This document shows positions 1-13,989 of a stretch of 64,000 bases of DNA, in pieces. The stretch comes from Hormiphora californensis (lineage: Eukaryota > Animalia > Ctenophora). Where the stretch lies: contig CM035351.1 in NCBI GenBank assembly GCA_020137815.1, positions 6,262,001 to 6,326,000 of the forward strand. The letters are read 5' to 3'. The notes under the pieces are model-generated. The model saw nothing but the letters and a program-made list of their open reading frames with translations, did no database searches and was not told where the DNA came from. Within the stretch, counting starts at the first letter, position 1. Each line of letters begins with the position of its first letter. A program made the translations under genes and the position numbers.

Positions 1-6
1 CAATAC

Positions 7-412
7 CTGACTCCGAAAGGTCGCAGACTGCCGTACACGGTGAAGTAGTGCATGTAGTGTCCAAGTCGCTCACACAATGTCTTCAGGGGGATGGGTACTT
101 GATAAGTATCCCTGAAATTGGCAGCCTCGTCCCTGGCCCTATTGACAGCAGCACGGGCGTCAGACAAGCAGACCAGCTACCGCTGCTCCAATGTGATTGT
201 CAATACTGTATACCCGCCTGTTAGAACCCTCCTCGTATAGCTTTGAGGTGATGATCTTCTCGACACCAAAGACAACACCGTCACAACCTCGGATTGCGAT
301 TACTGAAGCCGCTGTTCTCGACTGCTTTAAGGGCGTACTCCACCTGGAAGACTCGGCCGTCTGGGGAGAACTGTCCCGCGGAGAGGTCGTATCCTGAACC
401 GATAGAACTCAT
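7..412 (-). CDS. PSMA3: Proteasome subunit alpha type-3 (alpha7), first coding exon; gene continues off the window's left edge
   Basis: Manual translation from ATG at 412: [34 protein letters not shown]...[23 protein letters not shown]...[20 protein letters not shown]...YGSLRPFGV, then a GT donor near position 6. Requires removing two single inserted bases (about 306-310 and 166-167), which is why the ORF track misses it. Confidence 0.93.
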
Positions 413-1033
413 GGCAGCCTATCGAGAAGAATTGGTGGGTCATTTAAAAAGGTGGAGGGACGATAAAGTCTGAAGATGTTAGATGGCTAGGTTTTAATTT
501 CTACAATGTGCAATTTTTCGAACCAAATTTTGCTATTTTGGGAAGAGTTTTCAATCACAGATCTGAAACATAGATTCAATACATACTAAATCATCACTAA
601 TTATGGAAAATGCATCCATCAGCGCTCTTTTCTCGTTAATCAGGCGTAACGCCGCATCAAAGTTGGAGTAAAATTATGGCTTTTCTTAACATGAACCGAT
701 CCAAAAGTAACGTCAATGACATGTGGGATATGTAGAGAGCTTTAAATTAGCCTCAAAAGCGTGGAAATGTGGCCGGAAGCTAGTTAAAAGAGGCAAACGC
801 GGGTTTTTTACTTTTTTTAAGTCAAAAAAATTCACGCGACGAGACAAAATTTCAGCTTGAATTTTGGTCCAGAAATCGGACGCGCAAATCATGCGCCGCG
901 CATCAGTTTTTTCAACCGTTGTTTTTGGGTGTATAAAAGTCCAACTTAAACAGTAAACACGGTGTTTTCTTTATAAATCTGGTCACATAAAAATATTAAA
1001 ACACCCTCCGCGAGCTATGACAGTTCAACAAAA

Positions 1034-4000
1034 CTAAAAATAAGAGTCATCGGGAGGTGGGGGCGGTTTGAATCGTGGTGGATTTGGAGGGCCCATAGAG
1101 TTACTTCCTGTTATCTGAGTTGCCATAGCAATCATATGTTGAATGTTTCTTGGACCTCCTGAGGGATGGGGTTCCCTGGGTGGTGGGGGTCTCAGTCGTG
1201 CCACCCTCACCACGGTACCAGGAGGTGGTGGTCCTCGGTGCATCATTGGCCGGGAGCCAGGAGGGGGAACACCCCGGTACTGCATTGGGGCTCGCATCCC
1301 CGGTGGAGGGGGACCCCGGGAGATGGGTCTCTGGTGGGTGGGAGGTGGTCGCATGGGTGGTGGACGGATGTGGGGTGGACGGGGTGTGGGTCTGGGTGTT
1401 GGCCGACTGTGGACAGCTGGGACATCAGCTCTTCCCCCTGTGTCAGGGAACTGTTGGTTGCTGACTGCATTCCTTGTGGTACTGATTAGACTCTGGAGTG
1501 AGCTGGATATCGTTGAACCTCCTGATGATACTGGGGGCTTCCCCATCAGCTTTGTCTGAAACAGTTCACACGTTTAGTTAGTTGATTAAAGTACTAAAAT
1601 TAGCCTAGATACTGTCACATCAGAACATTAGGATACTGTCCACGACGCAACTAAACGCAAGGATCAGTATAATACTTACTGGTGCTGGACGGTTTGGATC
1701 TTGGTTCATGGATGTAGCAAATGTTCCGACTTTAGTGGGCGGTGCCTTTACTGGTACAAACACTACCGACATGACTCCTGACGTGGGACATTCCTCTGGA
1801 TAGGGCTGTCCGTATTTCTCAGCCTCCAACTTAACGATCTAAGAGGGGGGGGGGTATCAACTAACTGTAACAGGATAGGGTATGCTACAATTTACAAGAA
1901 ATAATCACAAACCTGTCGGATAGCTGCTAGAGCTGCTCTTCCCTTGGCCTCCTTCTTCGTACCCCCTGCCCTACTAGACGGGAACTCTCCCCAGGCAGTC
2001 TTGGCCATCATCTGGTGAACTCCAGGGGTCTGACACTCAGTGTACATTGGACTCGCCTTCCCTATGTGCTGATGGAGTTCTCCTACTGCTGACACTGCGT
2101 GCTTACCTGACATGTTAGGGAAATGTAAGGAAAATAAGATTCAACTGATAGTTTGATAATTTATTCTAACTTATATTCACACTAACCGTTGATAATTTTG
2201 AGGACCCAGTTTACTCCCATGTTGTTAATATTGTTGTTGGAGCTGGCACCCGGTTTCCTCATTACTTCACACGATCCCATCAAACCTGCAGAAATGAAAT
2301 GTTACCAAAGGTAAGGATATAGAGCTGGGAAAGAAAGGTGGATGCAAATTGACGGAGTTCTTCTCTGGTGGTAACCAAGGATGGTAACCAAGGTAACCAA
2401 GGAGCAACCTGCGGGAATTTGAAGAAGAAGGGGGTTAACATGTAGGGCGATGGGGAGGTACTACCCCTATCGCCCTACAATATATATATATGTTAAGTTG
2501 CTCATATATCACTCTCTCCTGATTCAACTTTTCTCCATCCCTCTTTCACTCTCAAATCACACACATTTCAACCCCATCATGTGGTGTGGCACACTTACTT
2601 GAAATAACATATCCCTCCATTACGTCTCATTCCAGGGTACAATAATACAGAGTCCGCAGCGATGGTGATAACGAGTTCTGGAATATTCTGGGAGTGTTCG
2701 CACTGCACCCGGCCCCTGACAAGGGCTCCTTCTTGGAAAATACAGGGTGGAGGAATTTTGCACGAAAATACGATTGTAAATGGGCTATTATACCATTTCA
2801 GGTTCGTATTTTCGTGCAAAATTTGGAGATTCGAAATTTTGATGAGGGCGAAATAACAGAAGAGAAGGAGAATGGAATAGAGGGAATAAAGAGGAATGTT
2901 CGTAAGCAGTACAGAAATGTGTAGTTACTAGATTGCACCGGTGTCAGGGACCAGGGCTGGTGTGGTATTGCCCGAGCTATCACCATCGCTGCAGGGGACG
3001 GGTCAAAATTTGGGATGAATTTTGGGTGTAGGCCGGTATTATTTACTAACACTAGGTTATTGGTTTAGTTCTGTCTGGCGGAGCTGACACGATCTGTTGA
3101 GGAACAAAACGGGGTCTGGCACCGCCAGACAGGACTATTTAGAGTTTGTTCTGAATGTGATGATCCAAAATCTAAATATTGAGAGACCAATTAGACCAAA
3201 TTTTGAGCAAAGAAATTCTAAAAAGTTCCACAAAACGCCGGATACCTTTTTTGTCGGACTTCACAGATAACTCGAGGGGATTGACATTGCCAGTTTCATC
3301 CTTGCCAAGCCCCTTGCCCATTTCCCATCCCATTTTCTTCATAAGGGCCATCCCAGGACTCTCAGTGATGGGAGCCAGATTGAAGAACATGTCCTGGAGG
3401 GGTGGAATTGTGAAATAGTTGGGAAATAAAGGTTTTACATTACCCAATTAGGACAATTAAACTGAGTCTGAGCAAGTACCTTTTTGGCATAAGATAAGGG
3501 ACAATCAATGTCCTGTTTCTGCAGTGGTTCTCTCAGCACGCTGCCCGTGAACTTGCCTCCTGGGCTCTTGCTGGCAAACTGCCACTTATTCATCTGAGAG
3601 CATTAGAGGAATATTAGGGAATGTATCTGGTAATTGATAATGCATGATAGTGTAACAAATGTACAGTCGGACCCCGATTTAGTGGCCCCCGATTTAGTGG
3701 CACCCCGATTTAGTGGCAGGATTTTTTCCCACGATATAGGAAATTAACATTATTTGACCCCGAGGATGCCACTAAATCGGGGTCCGACTGTACCATTATC
3801 TGGGCTTCGTGGAGGATTTTCTTTGCTTCAGCATCGTTAGGGTTCTTAACAAGTAACTTGTTTGCATCAATCCTCATCTGCATTATCTCCGAGAGGGTGG
3901 GCTGAAGGAGTGGGTGTAAGTGAGTGGAAGGGGCATCTTCTGCTGCAGCAGAAGAGCAGCAACAAGCAGGGCAAACTTGAATTGAGAGGTTTTGGTGTTT

Positions 4001-5673
4001 GTCATTGGTTGGCGCGCACCCGCATTGCTTCAACATGTCATCTCATCCTCAAAAGTGTTCCGCGCGTCACGTCATACACACCCAAACACGGATTATGCGA
4101 CACTTTTCAGTAACATACACTTGCGTACACACCATCACGATACCATTTGCAGTAATGAGATGGAGGACCTACCAGCTTCTTGATCTTTTCCTCTTCCTTC
4201 TCCTCCCCTTCCTCGCCCTCTGGCTTCTCCTCTGGAGCTCCCTCTATAGCCAGGATAGCAGATGCAACTTTCTCAGATTCCTCTGTCTTGTGTTCAGCTC
4301 CACAAGAAACTGGGAAGAGCTGCTGTGCTAACTGCTTAGGTAGCCGCATCTTATCAAGCTGGGGGAGATGGGGCGTATTGGTTAATCGATCAATATAACA
4401 ATACTAAACCACACAGTCAAACTAACTGATGTAACTCTGACAGTGAACTGATATCTAACTTGAGTTGCTCTCTAAAAATTAACAATTGAACAGCGAGCAG
4501 CTTTTTAAATTCAACATACCACTGGCATTGAAGGCATAGCAGGAGTGGCATCTGGGTACAGTGTTACTAGAGCTTTAGACATCTCAGGACCCTCAATAGC
4601 TAATAGTCTAGTACCTCCCTCTAAAGCCAGTCTCTCATCTCCTGAGGATGAACTGCGCCTCCTTCTCCGTCTCTCAAGAGGGGCTGCATCAGGTAGATCA
4701 GGTCCATTCTGGATGGTTTTACATTTCTTGACATACTCCTCCTTCCCCATTGAGTGGTCCATCATGTAGTTCACTTTACTGCTGTAATGACTCCTGAAAT
4801 ATCCCCCACTGTCCCTCCTACTCCTTCTCCTCCTGCTGCTACGACTTCTACTCCGATGTCTTCTCGAGGATTTCCTGTCATCTCGTCTGTCGTCCCGTCT
4901 GCTGCGGGATCTATCTCTGGATCTCTTTCGGTCCCTTGATCTGTCATGTGAACGGGATCGCCGTGATCTCTCTCGTTCCCGCGATCTTTTCCGTTCTGAT
5001 TTCCGTTTTCTTGATTTCCTCCTTTCTTCCTCATTACCACTACTGCTTGAATCACTGCTCTCACTCTTCTTTCTCTTGCTCTTCTTATCATCCTTCTTGC
5101 TATCTTTCTTCTTCTTCATTGTCTTTAGAGTTGTTCTCAAGCTCTTCAGTGTTTTTGCTTTATCCTTTAGACCCTCTAATTGCTTGTTCTGTTCTTCGAC
5201 CGTGGTGGCTGCTTCTTTCGTCTTCCTTCGTTTGTAGATCAGTTTAGCTAGCTCCATGGTTGTGAGCGCCTTGTCAATGGATTTTCCCTTCCTTCCCTCC
5301 TCCTCGGCTACATGCTCTCGGTATAACCTGAGAAATGGGATGTGAAGAGACATAAAGGATAGAATGGTAAACATACTAGCGATTTTGGAGATAGATAAAG
5401 ACAAACCCAACAGATCACTTACTTCAAATCCTCGGCCGATATCAGATTTGTTTCAATGTAGTCTCCATTGTCCTCGAATATAACCTCAGAACTAGCGTCC
5501 GAGGAAGACCCAGAGGAAGAAGAGGAAGATTCTGGTTCTTTTTTCACTTCATCAACCATCTCTTGCTTGATTTCTATCTTTCCTTCTTCTTCTTTTCTAT
5601 CTTCTCCCCCAACTTCATCCATCTCTATCATTTCTTCTTTGATTGTGGGAGTTGAGTCGTCATCCTTCCCCAT
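1034..5673 (-). CDS. SON: SON-like splicing cofactor (RS domain, G-patch, dsRBD, Pro-rich C-terminus), multi-exon
   Basis: RS-rich ORF 4511-5410. Exons 3794-3901 and 3480-3593 (KFTGS...YAKK) join to the G-patch exon DMFFNLAPITESPGMALMKKMGWEMGKGLGK...KSDKKG. dsRBD GKHAVSAVGEL...KKEAKGRAALAA at 1913-2113. Domain order matches SON. Start ATG 5673 (MGKDDD), stop at 1034. Confidence 0.85.
3664..3790. mobile_element. Tc1/mariner-type MITE (TIR cagtcggaccccgatttagtggc, TA TSD), copy 1, in a SON intron
   Basis: TA|CAGTCGGACCCCGATTTAGTGGC...GCCACTAAATCGGGGTCCGACTG|TA; related copies at 48478 and 59831. Confidence 0.85.
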
Positions 5674-5850
5674 ACTACACAAGAAGATAATGATTTAGTT
5701 TATCTAGAGATACATAATTAGAATACTTGATAATGGAGAAAGTTTAATTTGGGAAAGTTAAAAAGTATCAAATATAACATAATAAAAAGAATGAGTGTGT
5801 AAATAACAAATTTTGGAACATATGTATCCTCTGTAGTCGAGTCTGTAATT

Positions 5851-8351
5851 TTAAAACTCGATGAAGGCGGCGACCCGTTCGATCACTTTTCTGTACTCAG
5901 TTTCCAGCTCCAGGAAGGATCTATCTAGAAACTCGTGTTGTTGTTCTGGGGTCTTGGTAGCATCCAGTGCTTTGAGTTCCTGGAATTGATCGTAAAGTTA
6001 AACACTATAACATAACCACTGGATGGCTTCACACTTCTCTCTATCTCCCTATCTCTCTACCTCTCCATCTCTCTACCTCTCTATCTCTCTATCTCTCTAT
6101 CTCTCTATCTCTCTATCTCTCTATCTACAGCAGACAACAAATGTATACCTCTTCAGTTAGCCGCTCCCGTTGCCGTGCCATTGCTTTCTTCTCCTTCTGA
6201 AAGGCTCTATTCAGACGTTTCTTAACATCCAGTCTGTACGCCTTGTACTCCTCAGCATTAGCGGGGTCTGTTGCCCTTAGCCGCAATATTTCGTACATCT
6301 TACGGCTTTGTATTGCTGTTATCTTGTATTTTGTCCGGGCCTCCTCAGCCATCACCTAATTTAGGGCAGGATAATAATAACGTCACGTGTTTGGGTGGTT
6401 TATTGAGGATGTTGTAGCCATGGTGATGAATGAATTCTTGTTAACTGTCTACTGTATATATTTACCTGTGTAAAGCCCAGTTTGAGTTTGTCCGGTGCAA
6501 ATGATGTTAGTTTGGAACACTTGACTGTATCAACAAAGTTCCGTAACCGGGTAAAGTTCTCTGAAGGGTCCTCAACAGTGATATCGTATATCCCAGGGTC
6601 AGCTGACACGTGGTTATACATGGTGGAAAGGATCCTGGCACCGTGCCCAGATCCCTGGTAGGGAGGCAGGACTAGGACCTGACTGATCCGCTGTCTAGTT
6701 CGGCAGGGGTAGTTGTAGAAGGAGTAGGCAGTTAGGAAACCCATACTGCGGTACCTGACATGGGAGGGAGAAAGGTAGATACACAATTTAAGTGCTCTTA
6801 GACTTCCTCCTAGACAAAAGTCACAATTGAGAGAGAATGCCAGAGAAAAAGGTGACTTTGGGGGATTAAGAAGTGAGATTATTATTACGTTGTCTCTCCT
6901 CCAGTGGTGACTCTCTCATAAAGGGTGTACAAATTCCAGCAGGGATCTTCATCGTCAATATAACTTGCTGCGTCTATGTACCACAGTATAAACACCTGAT
7001 GAGGGAGGGGTATGAATTCAGAAAGTTATTAGATAGAACTGAATTATTGTGGTTGGTGATTCCCGTATAGACGAAGATAACACAATACATCATAATCAGA
7101 CTATAAACTCAATCCCCACTTTGCTGACATGTTGATATCCAAGGATATTACCTGAAGTCGATTATGGAATTCTCTAAACTTCTCATCCTCAAAGGTGGAA
7201 TAGTACACATCAAACGTCTTGCCATTCTGAGGGGAATCAGAGAGAGAGAGACATGAGTTAATAATAATAATAATATTCCGCGCTTGTATACCGCCCATAC
7301 CCGACGGAAACATGTCAAAATATTGGCGATGCTCCGTCGAGTCATCAGAGCGGTATATCCTCGATTAAATATATGACACACACGAACACTCTGGTTGAAA
7401 AAGAACAATATATTGTTAGTTAGTAAAAGAAATCTCTGAAGATGGAGAGAGATAGAGACAATAGACATGAAGGAGTCTCTACAGATGGAGAGACACCCTC
7501 TGAAAGGGGGTTGCTTTGGTGACATAACAAGTGACACAACATACCTTGGTGTAACTCTCAACTAGGGTCCCGGGTGGATGAAACTTCCTGTTTTTCTCCA
7601 GAGCACCCATAAACTCTACATAGTCAGTAGTGAAACCCCCTGGAGTTATATCGGATAGAAGTTGAAGAATGTTGTCTGCCTCACAGCTTCCATCTCCAAT
7701 CTGTAATGGGTCTTGTTATAATACAAGATGTTACAATTCACAGAAGTCTAGGAGACAAATCTCCGGGAGATCTCCCGTCCATATAAAATCTATGGGGAAG
7801 AGGGCAGTAAAGAGGTGGTAAATACCTTGGTCTTGATCTACAGAACCATCACAAAGACGGTGTGAGCCACACATTACACAACCTTGGTCATGAAATAACT
7901 CAGAGCAAGGACTAGTGGGTACGCTAACCTTTTCTGTATAATCGATTTTAACGTATTGTGTGAGGGTTCCAGAGGCGAAGAAGACATCCACTTTGAGTCC
8001 CTTATACCCAAATATAACCTCCTTCTCACCAAACACCTGATGGGGGATCACACCCTTAGTAAGATCAGCAACCCTGCCATTTACATTATTGTTTGTTATG
8101 AAACATAATGTTACTAACATCGCCACTCTCCAGATAGCAATAACACGTTCCCACCTTACTACGTATCGATATAGAAAAACATGGTGCGGGTTTCCATCCC
8201 ACTACGTTACCTGGTGGGTGAATGCGGGTTTAAAGAACCCCTCAGAAGACTCCACATCTTCCTTTGTGTCACACATCTTGAACACAACAGCACTCTCAGC
8301 CGGACAAACAAACTTGACCGCTCGGTCCGGTCCCGGTAACAGATCAATCAT
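5851..8351 (-). CDS. HAT1: Histone acetyltransferase type B catalytic subunit, multi-exon
   Basis: Exons give FKPAFTHQ|VFGEKEVIFGYKGLKV, FREFHNRLQ|VFILWYIDAASYID, RQRISQVLVLPPYQGSGHG (acetyl-CoA motif A), DITVEDPSENFTRLR and YRLDVKKRL. Last exon ends ...RVAAFIEF-TAA at 5851. Confidence 0.93.
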
Positions 8352-8874
8352 CCTGCTAAAATGATCTTAGGTAGAGGGATATGTTTACATTAGGAGAGAG
8401 AGGGAGGATTGGGGGAAGGCAATAAAATCACAAGTTTAAGTGGTTAAGCTCTCAAACTTAGAAAAAATAATTTACATCACATCATCATAAGCTACTGAAC
8501 CCTGTAGATATATCTCATTGCCAAAACATAGGGCGACAAAGATCCTGGGCTTCAAAATTTATATCAGTGACAATTTGGCGTCACTTATAAACACTCTATA
8601 CCCCAAAAAACACAATCACGCACATAAACAAACAACAAAATTACACAATCATGGCATTTTATACCAAAAAACACCGGGGAATTTCCCTTCCCGTATCACC
8701 CTGTTGTACTAAATGTACACAAAACTTTAACTGAACGATTCAAACTTCCTCATACCTCCCCTTACCTCAGCACCCTCCCCCTACCCCCTACCATGACCTA
8801 AATTGAAATACCGCCCTCTTATTAACAGTTCTCTTCCTACCGTGCGGCGTGCCCTTATTTAAACATTCCTCCCC

Positions 8875-11800
8875 CTATCTTGTACCAATATCATGGAAGA
8901 TATCATCTGTATCACCTACAAACTCCAAGAAACTGACACTGTCAATAAAATGGGACAACTCCGCCCCCACAATGCCATGCCTCTTGGGGTTACTACCACA
9001 GTTCATTAGCCCATGCTTAGTGAGCTGCTCCTCGAAATACTTCCTAAACAGACAAAAGACACCCTTGAACACGGTTTGTATCTCGTGAGGCTGGAGGATC
9101 CCCACCAGCGCCTCATGCAGCTTGATGGTCTGCCGGGTGAGGGTTGTTATCGGAACAGAGGGAGTGGGAGGACGGGGTTGCCAGGAATCTAACTGAGATT
9201 TATACACATCCCCCATGATGCCTATCAGCTTGCTAAAGATCTGGTTGATATGGTCCTGGATGTCCGTCTCCAGGGTGTTCACCTGGTCCAACAGGAGATG
9301 CTGACTCTTGGGAAGGTGGTTGGAGAATATACCCCGTACCCATGGTAACAACTCCAGGACAACCGATAGAGACTGGGAGGCAATACCGAGATGTTTAGCT
9401 GTGATTGTTTTTAGTCCAATATTCCTGATGGCCCCAGCCATGAGAATCAGCTGACACGTTCCCTCGTTAAAATGTTTTAAACTCTCCACCGTTTTGGTGA
9501 GGATATCCTTGGACATGACAGGGATATCTACAACACACTGACAGTACTCTATCACCATCTTGATAACCAGCAACAAGGTACTGGTGACAATATAACCCCG
9601 TCCCTTGATCTGGAGGAATGTCCTGGGAGCGTGGTCAGCCCGAGCTGTTGGTTGCCTAGTTACCACCTCTCTAGGTGATGCGCCCTCCATAATACCCTCT
9701 ACCATTCTCTGAAAGTCAGCTGGCACATCAGCCGCTACCCACCTCTCATTCTCAAGTAGCAACTTCATGTTAGTGAGCCGCTCAGAGTGGAATTGTCTGA
9801 CTAACACCCTGCTTTGACCCACCATGGACGCCCGGAGGAGGTTACTCTGTTTCCCGGTGAGTGTCTCACAGGACACGGCAAAGGATTCAACTAACCGAGA
9901 CAGCCTGAAATGTACACTTTGGTCCATTCTCTCGTAGGTGCGCTGCTGCCGCAAAGTTATTATCTTGATACACTTGTGATTGGGCCAGTTCGCATGACGT
10001 CATAAGTACGTCATTGCTCTCTGAGATGAGTTTACTGCAGTCAGCATCAGACACAAGTGAGGGGATGTCAGGGTCCTTCTGTGCTTGGAGGGTGACCCTG
10101 GCGTGATCAGAAAACAAACTCATTAACTCCTCGCTGAGTGGTTTGTTATTAGCTGCAGTTATAACACACTTGATCAGTTTATCTGTGTTGGCCATCTTGG
10201 TGAGTAGTGTCACGACTCCCTCAAACACCTTCTCAACCAAGTCAGCTGCCTGGACTGGAACCAGAGTCCTAATTTGGTCGTCTAACTTCAAATCACTCTC
10301 AAAGTGAACCTCAGAGAGTTGCTCCGCTATTATCTGCTTTATCTTGGCCTTCATCATCGTATTAGCTTCTGTTTTGTAGTTCTGAAGAAAGTTAACATTC
10401 TTCCGTCGCAGCAACCCAAACAGGACACAGATAATCCGGTCTGTGTCATCCTCCTGCTCAGACAAGGTCTTCTCCGAGAGGGTGAGTGTTGAGAGGGTGA
10501 ACTTTACAAAATCATCTTGGATCATATTGTAGATCATCCTCTCCATTTCACACAGTTGAACATCCAGGTGCCGGAAACTCTTTATCCCTGCCAGTTCATC
10601 GTGTAATACCTCCTGAGTGGTGGCGATGAGGATCCAGAGCCCCCACGAAGTCACTCTGACTAAGGAGCAGTTGGATGGTCGGTTGGGCCTGTCCTGACAG
10701 TGGACATTAGCTCTACCTTCTCATAGAACTGTTTGTAGTTGGATCTGAGTCTGTGCAGTTGAAGGATCTGAAGAGCATTCCTGTTGACTGCGTTGTCTAT
10801 GTTACCCAGCTGCTCCCTGGCCGACTGGATCTCTCTCCTGATCTGATAGGCATCCTCATTCAACCGATCCTGACTGTGGATCGTCTCAAAGAACCGATGT
10901 GATTTGTTGTTAACTTGTTCCCCCAGTTTCATCTCCACCCGATCCAGCAGGTGAGACAACTTCTCCTGGAGCAGCTTGGTGGACCTCTGGGGTAGTCCAG
11001 CGTTACCCACAAAGGTCTTACCTTTACCAGTACCAACCTGACCTGACTAGGACTCTCAAACTGGGACTCTGGGAGGACATACTCAAATGTCTGGGGGTCA
11101 GAGAGCTTGAAATGGGGATCCAGGAACACGGGATCAATGTCAATATGCTCCCCAGATTTCTGTCGAGCACGCACAATGGACGCCAGTTCCTTCTCCTTGG
11201 ACCGGGCCTGTTTTGTAGGGCATTTTGAGGTACTGGAGGTACGGGATGAACTTATCCTGTGGAACATCAGGGGGGAGACTCTTGCTGGCAGTGACGGTCA
11301 GGGGCACGAAATAGGAACCAAAGTTCCGGGTAAAGAGATCGTTATCATAGCCCCGGGACCGACGGTAGGGGTCATTCAGGATAGATGTCATGTTGGAGTG
11401 GGCTCTGTTCCGGTGTAGTTCGACCTCAGGGGAGATCGGTCTGGGTGTTATAGCAGCAGTACTGCTGTCCGTTATGGAACCATCCAGGGAGGATTGGGGT
11501 CTACCATTCCTATAAAGGGGCGTTAGAGGAACACTGGAGAGACTGTCACCAGATGTTACCCGATCTCGAAACTTCAGGTTCTCTTCCGAGCCAAACTCTC
11601 TACTCCTTGGTTTATCCAGTCCACTGATTGAAGGCGTGGCTGATGATGTTTGGTTGATAGAACTGGCATCTGACCCAAAGGGGTTGAGGGAACTGTCTCT
11701 TAGGGAGCTGGACGAGCCGAATGGGTTTAGGGAGCTACTGGACCCGAATGGGTTGAGTCCACTGGAGGATCGGACATGCCCCTTGCGAGCCCCGACCCTC

Positions 11801-11922
11801 GGTGAGGAGGGGGTGGAGGACGAAGTTGTCGAGCCAAAGGGATTCCTACCACCGCCTTCACTCTCTGAATCGTCAAATGGGTTCGTTCCAGATCGTTTTA
11901 GTACGTTTGAAGAATGGTTCAT
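8875..11922 (-). CDS. VPS54: Vacuolar protein sorting-associated protein 54 (GARP subunit), apparently single exon, broken by about 5 frameshifts
   Basis: Consecutive ORFs contain SILNDP, FKLSDPQTF, KLLQEKLSHLLDRVE, QPTIQLLLSQSDFVGALDLIATTQEVL..ELAGIKSFRHL, LLENERWVAADVP and TCQLILMAGA..GLKTITAKHL, all Vps54 hallmarks. Confidence 0.93.
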
Positions 11923-12676
11923 GTATTGTATACAACTTTCATCATTACACAGTTGCAGTACTTAACATCACGACCTAGATTAGAAAGTGAGAGTGTGAGA
12001 GGGGGGAGGAGAGACAGGAAAACTCAAGAAGTTCATGGAATTAATTGAGGCTTGCTAAAAATAAAATTTGACAGTGTAGAGAGAATGGGGGTATACAGAA
12101 TATAACACACTATAGCATAACTTACTACATTTATATACTGGACTGCACAATACTAACACATGATGGTCAATGCACGTGTCTCATGACCATTGTACATGTG
12201 ACATGATCTGAGTCACGTACTCCTCCTCTTAATTGGGGATGTGCAACCAATCCTGCAAGGACCTGCTCTAGATGTATACTGTTAGATATGATCCAGATAT
12301 GTAAAATATAGTCATAATGGGCATAATACATTCTTCAACATTTGTCAAAACTATACATATATCTCTTGTGCAATGGGTGTCAAAAATAAAATATAATAAA
12401 GCAGTACGGGAAGGTACCCGACCCTCTTTCAATCCTCCCAGAATAGTGAGAAAGAGGGTCGGGCACACATTAGGTATGGGAGGTCTGGGCTAGAAAACTC
12501 TAACTACAGAATTAAAAACCATTCAAATATATATTATCTGGTAGTGTTCCTATGTGATTCTCTCTCTCCCTCTCTCTGTTCTTGATCCCGCCAAGATTCT
12601 AATTTCTCAATATATCAGGGGTTACTTTTGTATCATGGGGTGGTGGGTTGTGACACACTGTCTTGGTAACATGGTT

Positions 12677-12787
12677 TAGTAGTAGGGGACACTAGCGTGA
12701 TACACACATAAGAAAAGCAGTGCGATACCTGGGGTATATCCCGGTATCCCATTTCTGTACGTACCACGCTAGTTTCCCCTACTACTA
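12677..12787. mobile_element. Short inverted-repeat element (MITE-like)
   Basis: tagtagtaggggacactagcgtg ... cacgctagtttcccctactacta. Confidence 0.55.
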
Positions 12788-12849
12788 GACCCCCTCTCTA
12801 GTGCTCTACCATGAGGGACATGTTACCATGTTATGACTCCCTAAACCTC

Positions 12850-13565
12850 CTATTCCTCCTCCCACTCTTCCTCCTCCTCCTCAGTCTCAGGTCCCTCACT
12901 CTCTTCCTCCTCGCTCTCTCTATGGTGGGGAGGTGTCCGGAGGGTATCTGTGGCGGGACAGGAGCTGTGAGGCCTCTCCAGAGTCAGCTCCTTGGATAGA
13001 AGCAGGAAGCGACCCTCTTTAAACCTGTTCTTCTCTGCTACACAGAACTCGTACCTGGGGGAGGATATAGTTAGTTAGAGGATATATATATGTGGTGAAA
13101 TAGTGATGCAATGTCTACAAACTAAACTATCGCAAGCGATTCGCGATTATGTTTAAAAGTAAATCAACATGATACAAAACAGTCACTATGATACTTTTCA
13201 ATCATGTACTCTTGAAAGTTACAAATTAAAAACAACAGAAGTTTTTAAGGTCTATACAATTGTTTCATGATGCCCCACGAGGAGGCACCAATCATCAGTA
13301 GACTCTTGAAAGTTATAAAGTCGACTCACCTCCACCCCATGAGGCTGTGACACTTCTTGCACGTCACATACCGCACCAGATCATCTGCCACGTCCACTCT
13401 CTTCGGCACATGTTTCTCCGTTACATTGTAGAGCCGATCAAACACGAACCCATGGGGTGTCTTCCCATTACTGATCTTGTCCTCCCGGGTTGCAACGGGA
13501 GTGGTGCAGCTCTTGCAACAGTACACCTTGCTGCCCCCCGGGTACACGATGAAGAGCTTGCCCAT
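12850..13565 (-). CDS. Divergent yippee-like (Yippee/Mis18 zinc-binding) protein with acidic C-terminal tail; 2 exons (13330-13565, 12850-13054)
   Basis: MGKLF...YCCKSC...VTCKKCHSLMGWR|YEF...RFKEGRFLL with two CxxC motifs, GT/AG boundaries in phase, and an E-rich tail. Confidence 0.8.
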
Positions 13566-13989
13566 GTTGTTGTTGTTGTGTGTCTGGGAGGGAGTGGAGC
13601 TGGTGGTGCGGGAGAGAGAGGTGGGCTGCCTAGATAGGATGGGTGGAGGGTGTTAGAGGGGGAGGGAGTGCAGCTGGGTCTGGGGGTAAGAAAACGCGGT
13701 TTGTTTTTTGAAGAAATATTTTTATCCTGAACTGAAAATAATTTTTATACAGTTTGAAAATCCCTATAAATATTATGTGATTTTAATGAAGGTCTGTGAA
13801 ATAATTTACAGTATGAGATTATAAAAGATGAAAATATAAATTCAAAGAAGCTAATCACTAAAAGATAAAATATGATATTATGTCATATGTGATACTCTGA
13901 ATTCTGTGTGAAGTCAAAAGTTTAATTTAGTATCCTCTGTCAGAATTATATATCTCTCTCTGTCAATAAAATAACTTAGTATTTACACA

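Noticed and set aside
8875-11922. VPS54 (and PSMA3, SCYL2) as pseudogenes or several separate genes
   Set aside because: Motifs are intact with no nonsense codons; single-base indels fit sequencing error better.
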